Notes under the pieces: model-generated
Told to the model about the DNA's origin: nothing
Databases searched by the model: none
The model's input: the letters and a program-made list of their open reading frames with translations, nothing else
Assembly (NCBI GenBank): GCA_963820855.1
Contig: CAWGBY010000003.1
Location: 186,033-250,032 of the forward strand
Reading direction: 5' to 3'
From: an uncultured Acidobacteriota bacterium
Lineage (GTDB): Bacteria > Acidobacteriota > Vicinamibacteria > Marinacidobacterales > SMYC01
DNA length: 64,000 nt
Shown here: piece by piece, positions 26,249 through 36,545 of the stretch
How positions within the stretch are numbered: the stretch's first letter is position 1
Layout of the letters: each line of letters begins with the position of its first letter
Translations under genes and position numbers: made by a program

Positions 26249-26905
26249 ATGAAACTAATACAAGAAATGTTCCACTGGCTCCTGCCTCGGGACGAGCGGT
26301 TTCGCGCCCTCTTCCGCGAAGACGCGGAGAATCTCCGCCTCGTCGGCCGGATGCTCCTCGACATGCTGCAGGAGACCGACGTCGCGCGTATTCGCGAGAA
26401 GTCCCTGGTCCTCAAGAACCAGGAGCATCGAGGCGACGAGATCACGCGCGAGATCTTCGATACCTTGAATCACACCTTTCTCACGCCCATCGATCGGGAG
26501 GACATTCGTGAGCTCGCGTCCGGAATCGACGACGTACTCGACGACATGGAGATGGTGTCGAGCCTCATGGTGCAGTTCAAGCTCCCGGGCGGCTCCGAGG
26601 AGATCCTGCAGATGAGCCAGATCCTGGCCTCCTGCTCGGAAGAAATCGAGCGGCTGGTCGGCCTCTTCTGGGACCCGAACAAGGCGAAGGAAGTCGAGCG
26701 CGGGATGGTGCGGGTCTCGGAGCTCGAGAATCAGGCCGACGTCCTGTTCAACCTGATGATCACGAAGCTTTTCGACTCGGCCAAGCCGGAGGGCGCCATC
26801 GAAGTGATGAAGTGGAAAGAGGTCTACTACGCGCTCGAGGACAGCGTGGATCGCGCCAAGTCCGTGGCCCACACCATCGGGAACATCGTCAGCAAGAACG
26901 CGTGA
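26249..26905 (+). CDS. DUF47 (PhoU-like) phosphate-transport regulator, typical PiT partner
   Basis: LLPRDERFRALFREDAENL...EDIRELASGIDDVLDDMEMVSS... DUF47/TIGR00153 pattern, adjacent to PiT. Confidence 0.7.
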   Translation: MKLIQEMFHWLLPRDERFRALFREDAENLRLVGRMLLDMLQETDVARIREKSLVLKNQEHRGDEITREIFDTLNHTFLTPIDREDIRELASGIDDVLDDMEMVSSLMVQFKLPGGSEEILQMSQILASCSEEIERLVGLFWDPNKAKEVERGMVRVSELENQADVLFNLMITKLFDSAKPEGAIEVMKWKEVYYALEDSVDRAKSVAHTIGNIVSKNA

Positions 26906-26929
26906 TATAGTGGCTTCAATCCGGACATC

Positions 26930-27570
26930 GTGGAACTACTTCAAACTCTCCTGCAAATTTTCGGACACCTCGACGAGACGCTTCTCGCATTGGTCCGGGA
27001 CTACGGCGCCTGGACGTACGGCATCCTGTTCCTGATCGTCTTCTGCGAGACCGGCCTCGTGGTGACGCCCGTCCTGCCGGGGGACTCCATGCTGTTCTCC
27101 GCGGGAGCGCTCGCGGCGGTGGGCTCTCTCGACGTCGCGCTCCTGATCGGGCTCCTGAGTCTCGCCGCCATCCTCGGAGACGCCCTCAATTACACCCTCG
27201 GGGCGACCGTCGCTTCGCGCTGGCTCCTGAAGTCGCGGTTCGTGAACAAGGACCATCTCGCCCGGGCCGAGGGGTTCTATCGGCGCCATGGCGGAAAGGC
27301 GATCGTGATCGCCCGCTTCGCGCCGTTTCTGCGCACTTTCGCCCCCTTCGTGGCCGGTATGGCCCGGATGAGCTATCCGCGCTTCGCGGCCTTCAATGTC
27401 GTCGGAGGCATCGCCTGGGTCGGAATCTGCTGCCTCGGCGGGTACTTCTTCGGCAACATTCCCTTCGTGAAAGAGAACTTCACCGCGGTCCTCCTCGGCA
27501 TCATCTTCGTTTCGCTGCGTGCCGGCGATCGTCGCGTTCTTCCGCAGCAAGGAAGACGAGCTCAAGACGG
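26930..27570 (+). CDS. DedA/SNARE-associated family membrane protein; frameshift near C-terminus
   Basis: YGILFLIVFCETGLVVTPVLPGDSMLFSAGALAA...GKAIVIARFAPFLRTFAPFVAGMARMSY. Confidence 0.75.
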
Positions 27571-28230
27571 CGGCGTAAAGAGCCTCGCGAGCTCCGGAGC
27601 CTGATCGGCGTCGACGATCGCGAGGACTTCGTCCCCGACCTGGAGCATGACTCCTCCTCGAGGGATCACCATCTCTCCGCGTCTCAGGATCGCGGCGATG
27701 ACCGAGCTCGGTGGAAGCGGAAGCTCGCCCACGGTGAGCCCCACCGCGGGCGCTCCCGCGGAGAGTCTCTCTTCGACCAGCGAGTAGCGGCCGCGACGAA
27801 GCTTCAGGAGCGTCATCATGTCCCCGAGGGACATTTCCTCCTCGATGAGCGCTGACAGAATGTTCGCCTGGTTCAGCGCCACGTCGATGTGGAATCGGTC
27901 GTCGAAAAGCCACACGTTCCTCGGGTCGTTCACGCAGGCGATGGTTCTTCCCACTCGATAGCGCTCGCGCGCGAGGAAGCAGACCGCGAGGTTGTCGGCG
28001 TCGTCGGGAAGGCAGGCGACCACGACGTGAGAGCGCGCGACTCCCGCGCGCTCGAGGACGTCGAGCTGCGCCGGCGCGCCCTCGTAGATGACTTCGGTCG
28101 GCAGCTCCTTGTGCAATCGGGAGAGGACGTCCCTTCTTCCCTCGACGAGGCGGACCTCGTGATTCTGCGCGACCAGAAGCCGCGCCAGCTCGGAAGCGGT
28201 CCGGCCTCCGCCGGCGACGAGAACGTTCAT
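27562..28230 (-). CDS. TrkA/KtrA-type RCK protein (TrkA-N NAD-binding plus TrkA-C)
   Basis: MNVLVAGGGRTASELARLL...HEVRLVE... C-terminal TrkA-C (VGLTVGELPLPPSSVIAAILRRGEMVIP). Confidence 0.8.
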   Translation of the reverse strand: MNVLVAGGGRTASELARLLVAQNHEVRLVEGRRDVLSRLHKELPTEVIYEGAPAQLDVLERAGVARSHVVVACLPDDADNLAVCFLARERYRVGRTIACVNDPRNVWLFDDRFHIDVALNQANILSALIEEEMSLGDMMTLLKLRRGRYSLVEERLSAGAPAVGLTVGELPLPPSSVIAAILRRGEMVIPRGGVMLQVGDEVLAIVDADQAPELARLFTPPS

Positions 28231-28895
28231 GCTTCCTCCGGGGTCCTGGCGGGCTCGAGGCGCGCCTGCAGCTCGACGAGACACCCGGAGGCCATCGCCA
28301 CCTTCAACAGGTCGTCCTCCTCGAGATGGCTTTCGAGCCGCGCGAGCTCGGCAATGCCCGCGCGGGTGAGAGTGACCGGCACCGCTTCGAGGCCGGAGAG
28401 GAGCTCGCGAACGGTGCGGCGGGCCCAGAGGCCGGTGACCTGGAGCTCGAAGACTTCGATATCCTCCGTCCCCAGGCTCATGAGGCTCTGCTCTTCCGGA
28501 TGATGGAGGAGCGTCTCAATCCGTTCGGCGCCCCAGACCGTCGAGCTCACCACCCGGTGCCGGAAGCTCTGATGGAGCGGAAGAAGCCGCGGATCGAAGT
28601 TGCGGACCACCACGTTCTTGACGCCGAAGACCTCGCGGGCGGCGTGTCCCACCACGGCGTTCACCGTGTCCGAGTTGGTGACGGCGGCGAGGCCGTCGGC
28701 GCGGGCGACCTCCGCCCGGCGAAGGACCTCTTCCGAGAGGACGCTTCCCTCGATGGTCCGGCCGCGGTAATCCGGATGGAGGTTGCGAAAGGAAGCGCCC
28801 GATTCGTCGACCACGGTGACTTCATGGCCTTGGCGGAACATGCGCTGCGCGAGCTCCGACCCTACGCGGCCGCATCCTACGACGATGACGTACAT
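28227..28895 (-). CDS. TrkA/KtrA-type RCK protein (second copy)
   Basis: MYVIVVGCGRVGSELAQRMFRQGHEVTVVD...TrkA-C. Start overlaps the stop of the previous trkA-like gene. Confidence 0.8.
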   Translation of the reverse strand: MYVIVVGCGRVGSELAQRMFRQGHEVTVVDESGASFRNLHPDYRGRTIEGSVLSEEVLRRAEVARADGLAAVTNSDTVNAVVGHAAREVFGVKNVVVRNFDPRLLPLHQSFRHRVVSSTVWGAERIETLLHHPEEQSLMSLGTEDIEVFELQVTGLWARRTVRELLSGLEAVPVTLTRAGIAELARLESHLEEDDLLKVAMASGCLVELQARLEPARTPEEA

Positions 28896-28907
28896 GGTAA
28901 GGCTCCG

Positions 28908-30770
28908 TCACGGTTCGGCGAGCTGATAGGGAACGTTCGTGACCACGATCCCTCGCCGGAACAAGAGCGCCATGCGCAGAAAGAGCGCGGTTTGCGCGTG
29001 GAGGACGTTGTGCCAGGACCGCCGCGGAACGAACTGGGGAACGACGATGGTGAGGGTCTCGTTCGGTTGACGCTCGTCCGCGATCGATGTGATGTAGTCG
29101 AGAAGCGGCTCCAGGAGAAGTCGATAAGGGGAGTCGAGGATCACCAGCCTGACGCCGTCGCCCCACAGGTTCCATTTCGCCTTGAGCTTGTCGGACTCGT
29201 CGTTGTCGAGCGACACGTGCACGGCGGTCACGTCGTGAGACAGAGCCCGAGCGTAGCGGAGGGCTTCGAGCGTCCCGCGGTGAACGTTGCTGATCGGAAG
29301 GATCACGCGGTGGCGGCCGCTCTGAGGAGGCGCGCCGTACTGATTCAGGGAGAGCTGCTCGGCCGTTTCGCGATAGTGCGATCGGATCGCGAGAAACACG
29401 AGAACGAAAGCCGGCAGCACCAGCAGCACCACCCAGGCGCCTTCGCGGAACTTGGTGACCGCGAATGCCATCGTCACCACCGCCGTGAGCACGGCGCCGA
29501 GCCCGTTGAGCGCCATCTTCCAACGCCATCCGGACGGCGGCCGTTCGAGACTACGCCCCATGCGCAGCCAGCGCAGGGTCATTCCCCCCTGAGAGAGGGT
29601 GAAGGAGAGAAAGACTCCTATGGCATAGAGAGGAATCAGGCGAGTGACGCTCGCCTGAAAGGCCACGATGAGGCTTGCACTCGCGATCGCGAGCACCACG
29701 ATCCCTCGCGAGAAGACGAGTCGGCTTCCCCGATAGGTGAGCTGACGCGGAAGAAATCCGTCTTTGGCCTGGAGCGCGGAGAGCCGCGGGAAATCCGCGA
29801 ACGCGGTATTCGCGGCCATGACCAGAATGAGGGTGGTCGAAGCCATGACCCCCAGGTAGGGAAGGCCTCTCCCTCCGAACGCGGTGCGGGCGATTTGCGA
29901 GATCACCGTTTCTTCCTCGGAGGGCACCGCTCCCGTCCGTCCGGCGAGGAACGTAATCCCGAGAAAGAGAGTGGCGAGGATGGCTGCCATCCATAGGAGA
30001 GTGATCGCGGCATTCCGGCTGCGGGGCTCCTTGAAGGCGGTGATGCCGTTCGAGATCGCCTCGACGCCGGTGAGCGCGGTGGTGCCGTTCGAGAACGCGT
30101 GAAGGATGAGAAAGAGTCCGATGCGCCGAGCTCGTCTCGACGTCGAGGTGCGGCGGGTCGACGACCGTGCCGAGGCTCCCCGCCGCGAGGCGGAAGACCG
30201 CCGCGCCCAGCATCAGCACCATCATCACGAGAAAAAAGTACGTGGGAATGGCGAATACCATTCCCGACTCTTTCACACCACGGAGGTTCACCAGCATCAC
30301 GAAGAACACCAACACCACCCCGAGCCCCACGCGGTGCTGGTAGAGAATCGGAAACGCGGACGCGAGCTGTGCGGCTCCCGACGAGACCGATACGCTCACC
30401 GTCAGGATGTAGTCCGAGAGGAGCGCTGCTCCCGCCACCTGCGCGGCGAGCGGCCCCAGATTGTCTCTCGCGACCACGTACGCGCCTCCTCCGTCGGGGT
30501 AGGCGTGGATGGTCTGCTGATAGGAGATGGTGACGATCGCGAGAAGGATGGCGATGGCCACCGAAATCGGGAACGCGTACACGAAAGCCGCGGCGCCGGC
30601 GGCGGCGAGGACGAGCAGGATCTCCTGCGTCGCGTAGGCGGTCGAGGAAAGGGCGTCGGAGGCGAAGACCGCGAGGCCCACGGTCTTGCCGATGGTCTGG
30701 TGGCCCGCGTCGGCGGTGGGAAGAGGCCTTCCGAAGAGCCAGGTCCGCCAGGGGCGCCGGGGAGGATGAA
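28908..30770 (-). CDS. APC-superfamily permease with about 250-aa cytoplasmic USP-like C-terminal domain (Rv2690c-like; putative cation/K+ transporter); frameshift near 29990
   Basis: N-terminal WLFGRPLPTADAGHQTIGKTVGLAVFASDALSSTAYATQEILLVL; 12-TM APC core; C-terminal HRVILPISNVHRGTLEALRYARALSHDVTAVHV... Sits next to two TrkA genes. Confidence 0.6.
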
Positions 30771-30879
30771 AGGTCGCGGGAAGGGTCTCGGGCACGGTGA
30801 GGGGGGATTCTAACCAAATTCCACCGTCGACGGGGCCATTCGGGAACGCAATCGTTTTTCGTGCTAAGGTCGCCGGGCC

Positions 30880-32196
30880 TTGCAGTCGACCGGCCGCCTT
30901 CTCCGCCTCCTGGGTGTGAGCTTCGGCATCGCCGTCACGATCGGCGGAACGGTGGGGGCCGGGATCCTGCGAACCCCCGGCATGGTGGCCGCGGAGCTCG
31001 ATAGCTCCTTTCTCATCGTGGTCATCTGGGTGCTCGGAGGCGTCTACTCCCTCCTCGGGACGACTTCGGTGTGCGAGCTCGGAACCGCCCTCCCGAGCGC
31101 GGGAGGGTGGTACGTCTATACGCGGCGCGCCCTCGGCGAGTACGCCGGCTTCGTCGTCGGATGGAGCGATTGGCTCGCCCAGAGCGCCGCTCTCGCGTTT
31201 CTCGCGACCGCGCTCGGCGAGTACGTCGTCGCGCTCGTTCCGGGACTTTCGGGCTGGCACCGGACAATCGCGATCGCAACCCTCGCGCTCTTCGCGCTCA
31301 TTCAGTGGAGGGGTCTACGCTCGAGCAGCAAAGTGCAGGAGCTCACGAGCCTCGCCAAGGGGCTCGCGTTCTTCGCGTTCGTCGTCGTCTGCTTCCTCCT
31401 CGCGCCGCGGAGCGCCGAGCCCGAAAGCGCGGTGAGCCAGGGGTTCCGGTTCGTGCCTTTCGTGCTCGCCCTCCAGGCGGTCATCGTTACCTATGACGGT
31501 TGGTACAGCGCGATCTATTTCACCGAAGAGGACCGCGATCCGGCCCGGAACCTTCCGCGATCGGCGTTCGCGGGCGTCCTCGCGACCATCGTCATTTATC
31601 TGCTGGTGAACCTGGCGCTCCTTTACACCCTGACCGTTCCCGAGATCGCTTCCTCGTCGCTTCCCGCGGCGGACGCGGCTTCGAGAATTTTCGGCGCTCA
31701 TGGCGGTGACGTGATCACCGTTCTCTCGCTCGTTTCTCTTCTCAGCATCGTCAACGCGGTGATGCTGCTCGCGACACGAATCGTTTTCGCGATGAGCCGG
31801 GATGGGCTCTTCTTCGGCTCGGCCTCGACCGTCAACCCCCGGGGCACACCGGCGGTCGCGCTCTCGTTCACGGCGCTCGCCGCCGCTCTCCTCGTCGCGA
31901 GCGGCACGTTCGAGCGGCTGGTCGCGATCGCCGCCTTCTTCTTCGTCGTGGTCTACGTCTCGGGGTTCGTTTCCCTTTTCGTCCTCCGCCGGACGGAGCC
32001 TGAGCTCCCGAGGCCCTACCGAGCCTGGGGGTATCCCTGGACCACGGGCGTGGCTCTTCTGGGCTCGATCCTGTTCCTCGCGGGGAATGGCGTGAGCGAT
32101 CCCGAGAACACGGCATACGGGCTGCTGCTCATGGCGCTCTCCTATCCTCTCTACCGCGCCCTTCGGCCCGTTGCTTTTCGACGTCGCGACGTTTAG
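30880..32196 (+). CDS. APC-family amino acid permease (intact, 438 aa)
   Basis: GTVGAGILRTPGMVAAEL...VCELGTALPSAGGWYVYTRRALGEYAGFVVGWSDWL. Confidence 0.8.
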   Translation: MQSTGRLLRLLGVSFGIAVTIGGTVGAGILRTPGMVAAELDSSFLIVVIWVLGGVYSLLGTTSVCELGTALPSAGGWYVYTRRALGEYAGFVVGWSDWLAQSAALAFLATALGEYVVALVPGLSGWHRTIAIATLALFALIQWRGLRSSSKVQELTSLAKGLAFFAFVVVCFLLAPRSAEPESAVSQGFRFVPFVLALQAVIVTYDGWYSAIYFTEEDRDPARNLPRSAFAGVLATIVIYLLVNLALLYTLTVPEIASSSLPAADAASRIFGAHGGDVITVLSLVSLLSIVNAVMLLATRIVFAMSRDGLFFGSASTVNPRGTPAVALSFTALAAALLVASGTFERLVAIAAFFFVVVYVSGFVSLFVLRRTEPELPRPYRAWGYPWTTGVALLGSILFLAGNGVSDPENTAYGLLLMALSYPLYRALRPVAFRRRDV

Positions 32197-32227
32197 GCTC
32201 TTCTCCCCAGTCCTAAGGAGTTGGCAC

Positions 32228-33241
32228 ATGGTGGCACCGACCCGTCGGAATCCTTATGCCGGCCCGAGGCCGGGAGCTCGGCCGGGCGGCGTGCGGCCTC
32301 CCACCGGCGCGCAGATTTACCGGCGGCCTTCCGTCGTGAGTCTCCTCGCGATCCTGCATTTTCTCTTCGGGCCGATCATGTTGCTGGGAGGGGCGCTCGC
32401 GGCCTTCGGCGCTCTTTCGAGCGAAGGCTCCGAGCGAGCGCTGGTCCTGGGTGTCGGTGCGTTCTACGTGGTGTTCGGGATCCTCTCCCTTCTCTGTGGC
32501 TTCGGACTCTGGACGCTCAAGAGCTACGGCCGGACCCTCCAGATCGTCTATTCGTGCATCGGCCTTCTGGCCATTCCGATCGGCACTCTGATTTCCGGCC
32601 TCATCCTCGCCTACATGTACAAGCCGGGAGTGAAGGTCCTGTTCTCGGAAACTCCTCCCTCGCAGCTGAGCGCGGCCGACGTGGCGGACGTGGCGAGGCT
32701 CTCCGAAACGTCGGGCGTGACCGTCGCGATCATCGCCGTAGTCGTGCTCCTGCTCCTCGTCGCTTTCATCGGAATGATCGCGGCCATCGCGATCCCGAGC
32801 CTTCTCCGGGCGCGCATATCGGCGAACGAGGCGCAAGCCATCGGGGACCTGCGCATGATCATTTCGTCGGAGACCGCCTATGCCTCTGCGAACGGCGGAA
32901 ACTACGACCAGCTCGAGTGCCTCGCGAAGCCGTTCGAGTGCATCCCCGGCTATCCCGCGGACGGCCCGGCTTTTCTGTCCGAGGTCTACCCCGCGGTGCG
33001 CGCGGGGTACAACCGCGAGTTCCAGGGCGGGCTACCCGCCGATCAGAGCGAGATCGCCTTCGCCAACCTTTCGCCGACGAGCGTACAGTCGTTCGTGTAC
33101 CTTGCTTATCCCGTCAGCCCGGCGACGGGCTCCCGCGGTTTCTGCACGGACTATACCGGCCGAATCTGCGTGACGATGGACGGCTCCAAGCCTCTCGTCG
33201 TCGAGGGGTCGTGCAATCCCGCGTGCACTCTTCTCGAATGA
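32228..33241 (+). CDS. Membrane protein: Pro/Arg-rich N-terminus, 4 TM helices, then type IV pilin-like domain with Cys-rich C-terminus (no prepilin cleavage motif)
   Basis: IGMIAAIAIPSLLRARISANEAQAIGDLRMIISSETAYASANGG matches the pilin N-terminal helix consensus (ILAAIAIPNLLRARIAANEASAIGSLRTI...). No G-F-T-L-I-E leader. Six Cys in the C-terminal 110 aa. Confidence 0.5.
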   Translation: MVAPTRRNPYAGPRPGARPGGVRPPTGAQIYRRPSVVSLLAILHFLFGPIMLLGGALAAFGALSSEGSERALVLGVGAFYVVFGILSLLCGFGLWTLKSYGRTLQIVYSCIGLLAIPIGTLISGLILAYMYKPGVKVLFSETPPSQLSAADVADVARLSETSGVTVAIIAVVVLLLLVAFIGMIAAIAIPSLLRARISANEAQAIGDLRMIISSETAYASANGGNYDQLECLAKPFECIPGYPADGPAFLSEVYPAVRAGYNREFQGGLPADQSEIAFANLSPTSVQSFVYLAYPVSPATGSRGFCTDYTGRICVTMDGSKPLVVEGSCNPACTLLE

Positions 33242-33252
33242 AAGGCGCACTC

Positions 33253-34482
33253 ATGAAACTGGCTATTTCTCTTTTCGCGATTCTTCTCGCCGCGTCTCCT
33301 CTCGGCGCGCAGTCGGAAAGCGGCGACGAGTACACGAGATACGAGCTTCTCGCCCCGGACACGGCGAGCTTTCGCATCGTATACGACGTCACCGCGGTGA
33401 CACCGGGAGCGCGCTTCTTCTTCAACCCGATTCGCAAGGGAAGCATCGCACGGGACGAATCCGTGCTCGATTTCGCGACCGGACAGCCGCTCGAGTTCGA
33501 AGTCGTGAGCGGAAAAGCGGCGAAGGAAGCGGGGCAGGAGAACGCCGACCTGGACACCGAGTACATCCGCGTGCGCCTGCCCCGGGCGGTTCCGGCGGAA
33601 GGCGAGGTGCGAATTCGTATCGACAAAACGTACGAAGACAAGAAGAGCTACTTCCGGGAAGGAGACCTCATCGTTTTCGACCGTCCGCTCGGAATCCGCA
33701 AGAACGCGGTCGTGCTTCCCGCGGGCTTCGAGCTCTCGTCCCTGAACGTTCCGTCACAGGTCCTGAGCGAGCCCGACGGCCGGATCAAGGTGAGCTTCAT
33801 CAACACCTATCCGGGCTCCGCGGGCCTGGTGCTGAAGGCGCGGCCGCTCGCCCGGCCCGCGCCGGGCCCGGCGCCGGCCTCATCGGTTCCCGCCGCCGCA
33901 TCCGCCGGAGCGACTCTCGCGGATGCTCCGGTGCCCGAGCGGGCGCGCGAAGAGACCGAGATCGTTTACTTTTTGCAGCCGCCGGAAAGCCACTCCTTCC
34001 GGCTCTACCACGATTTCACGGAAACGCGGGAAGGGGTCGACAAGTACCTGAACGTCGTTCGCGCGGGGAGCAAGGTCTCGAATCCGTCCGCCCGCAACCT
34101 CGATACGGGAGAAAAACTCTCGACCGAGACTTTGCGCGGGCCCGAGATCGAGAAAGCGGGACTCGACGTGGAGCCCATCGCGTCCGACACCGAGGTCGTG
34201 GTCGTCCGGTTCCCGCCGGTCAAGAAGGGACAGTCGCTCCGCCTGCGCATCGAGGAAACCTACACCGACCCCAATCGCTACGGGCTCGCCGGCGACGAGC
34301 TCCTCTGGCACCGGAGCTTTGGAAGACCGAAGAACGACGTGGTCCTGCCCGCGGGATGGTACCTCACCGTCTCGTCGATCCCCGCCACCGTCTCGACCAC
34401 GGAAGACGGAACGATTCGCCTCTCGTTCGTGAACGGGCGGCCCGACGCCATCGACGTCTTCCTGAAAGCGCGGCGACGCTGA
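33253..34482 (+). CDS. Secreted protein with two tandem homologous domains of about 190 aa; unknown function
   Basis: Signal peptide MKLAISLFAILLAASPLGA. Repeat 1 (FRIVYDVTA...) and repeat 2 (FRLYHDFTE...) are separated by a Pro/Ala linker. Both end with ...VLPAGx.L.S...P and ...FLKARP/RRR. Confidence 0.45.
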   Translation: MKLAISLFAILLAASPLGAQSESGDEYTRYELLAPDTASFRIVYDVTAVTPGARFFFNPIRKGSIARDESVLDFATGQPLEFEVVSGKAAKEAGQENADLDTEYIRVRLPRAVPAEGEVRIRIDKTYEDKKSYFREGDLIVFDRPLGIRKNAVVLPAGFELSSLNVPSQVLSEPDGRIKVSFINTYPGSAGLVLKARPLARPAPGPAPASSVPAAASAGATLADAPVPERAREETEIVYFLQPPESHSFRLYHDFTETREGVDKYLNVVRAGSKVSNPSARNLDTGEKLSTETLRGPEIEKAGLDVEPIASDTEVVVVRFPPVKKGQSLRLRIEETYTDPNRYGLAGDELLWHRSFGRPKNDVVLPAGWYLTVSSIPATVSTTEDGTIRLSFVNGRPDAIDVFLKARRR

Positions 34483-35060
34483 GGGTTTCGCGCCTGAGCT
34501 CGTTCCTTCTCCTGAGGAGAACGAGTATGAAGACCAACGCACGCTGTCGCTATCGCGACGCATCGGCGCAAGCCGAGCCAGTTTCCCACCACCCTCGCGC
34601 ATTGACCGAGGGTCGAACATGCGCAGCGTGTGCCGGCTCGACCTCACGAGCCTTTCCAGGACGGGCCAAAACCTGTCGAAGCTAGGAAAGTCGAGCTGGA
34701 GCTCGCGGAGCTCGGAAGCGCTACGGGGCGCGGGTCGATTTTCCCCGCCGAAGCCCGCAGGATTGGAAGCCGCATCGAGACGTCGAAGCAAGCCTGTGCG
34801 GCTCAAGGCGGCCGCTTGGCCGGCCGAGGGAGCGCCCGGAAGCTCCAGTCAGGTTCTTCGAGGCCGCCCGACTCTCTGTGGGGGTGAGGCGAAGAGCGTA
34901 TTCGACGATGTCTGCACGGCGCAGGGAGGAACGCCCTCGGAGGTCTGCGAGCCCTGCCTCTTCGGGCTCCTCAGCTGCTGTGAGAAGTTCTGCACATCAC
35001 CGAAGCGCGCCGCGCGGGCGGGCGAGGTCCCGCCCGGTTCGCGCGATGGTAAGCTCGCCG

Positions 35061-36497
35061 ATGAGCGAGATTCCTGGACGAGATCTTTCGAACGAAGAGC
35101 TCCGGCGATTCGCCCACGAGGCGGTCGACTGGATGATGTCCTACCTCACGAGCTTCGGCGAAAAGACCATCCAGCCGGGCGAGACAGCGTCGCGAGTTTT
35201 CTCACTCCTTCGAGAAGACCTTCCGGAGACCGGAGCTCTCCGCGGAGGTCTGAACGAGTTCCAGCGAAGAGTCGTTCCGTTCGCGACCGACCTCCAGCAC
35301 CCCGGTAACTTCGGGTACATCCCGAACTCGACGGGGGTGGTGGGAATCGTCGCCGATCTCCTCGCCTCGACGCTGAATCAGAACGTGAGCCTGGTCCGGG
35401 GAGGCGCTTCGGCCGCGGCGATCGAGGACCAGGTCGTACGCTGGCTTCGATCGCTTCTCGGACTCCGGAGCGAGGGAGGAGGAGTGCTCGCGAGCGGCGG
35501 GTCGCTCGCGAACCTGATGGGACTCGCTCTCGCCCGGGAGAAGGCGGCCGCCCGTGACGGCCTCGTCTTCTACGTCTCCGACGAGGTCCACAGCTCCATC
35601 GAGCGCGGACTTCGATTCCTCGGCGTTTCCGCCGAGTCTCTTCGCCGGCTTCCCGCGGACGATTCCTTCCATCTGAGTCCCGCGGTGCTGCGAGAGGCCG
35701 TCGAGCGGGACCGCTCGCGTGGCCTCGAGCCCGCGGCCGTCGTCGCGACCGCGGGCACCATCGGAAGCGGCGCCGTCGATCCGCTCGAGGAGCTCGGCGC
35801 CGTCTGCCGCGACATGGGTCTCTGGCTCCATGTCGACGGCGCCTACGGGGCCATCGCCGCGGCCGCTCCGAGCGGGTCTTTCCTTCGCGCGGGGCTCGAC
35901 TCGGCGGACTCGGTGTCGCTCGACCCGCACAAGTGGCTCTTCGTTCCCATCGACACCAGCTGCCTTCTGGTGAAGGACGAGGCTTTCCTGCGTCGGTTCT
36001 TCACCCTCGTTCCGGAGTACCTGAAAGTCAGCGCCGCGGATCAGGAAGTGCCGCAGCCGATGGAGTCGACCATCGAGCTCTCGCGGCGATTCCGCGCCCT
36101 TCGCCTCTGGATGTCCCTCAAAGTGTACGGGGCGGGAGCGATCCGCGCGCGCATCGAGGAGCACCTTTCGCTCGCGCGGAAGCTGGCCTCCTGGATCGAG
36201 GCCGACCCGCGGTTCGAGCTGAGCGCCGCCGTCGAGACGAGCACGGTGGCATTCCGCTACGTGCCCCATCGGGAGCTTCCCGCGGACGAGCTCGATCGCG
36301 TGAACGAAACGCTCTTCGATCGTCTGAATCGCGAGCCCGGGCTCTTCCTGTCGCGAAACCGCCTTCGTGGACGTTTTACGCTGCGCGCGTGCGTGACCGG
36401 GCTTCGCACGACGGAAGAGGACGTCCGTCGTTTGTGGGACGCGTGCGGGAAGGCGGGGAGGAGCTCCGCCTTCGGTAGCCGCCGCGGAGCCTGGTAA
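35061..36497 (+). CDS. PLP-dependent amino-acid decarboxylase (group II, DDC/GAD/HDC family)
   Basis: ...HPGNFGYIPNS...SGGSLANLMGLALARE...SVSLDPHKWLFVPIDTSCLLVKD (PLP lysine motif S-x-D-P-H-K-W). Confidence 0.8.
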   Translation: MSEIPGRDLSNEELRRFAHEAVDWMMSYLTSFGEKTIQPGETASRVFSLLREDLPETGALRGGLNEFQRRVVPFATDLQHPGNFGYIPNSTGVVGIVADLLASTLNQNVSLVRGGASAAAIEDQVVRWLRSLLGLRSEGGGVLASGGSLANLMGLALAREKAAARDGLVFYVSDEVHSSIERGLRFLGVSAESLRRLPADDSFHLSPAVLREAVERDRSRGLEPAAVVATAGTIGSGAVDPLEELGAVCRDMGLWLHVDGAYGAIAAAAPSGSFLRAGLDSADSVSLDPHKWLFVPIDTSCLLVKDEAFLRRFFTLVPEYLKVSAADQEVPQPMESTIELSRRFRALRLWMSLKVYGAGAIRARIEEHLSLARKLASWIEADPRFELSAAVETSTVAFRYVPHRELPADELDRVNETLFDRLNREPGLFLSRNRLRGRFTLRACVTGLRTTEEDVRRLWDACGKAGRSSAFGSRRGAW

Positions 36498-36545
36498 GCG
36501 GTCCGCAATGCATCACGATGGATGACGGCTCGCGCGGAAGCAGGA

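Noticed and set aside
24334-26445. 703-aa reverse-strand ORF overlapping the PiT transporter gene
   Set aside because: Only the C-terminal 297 aa (PQQ propeller, from MRAPTLSLV) look real. The rest is antisense to the well-supported PiT gene and is Arg/Asp/Glu-rich junk.
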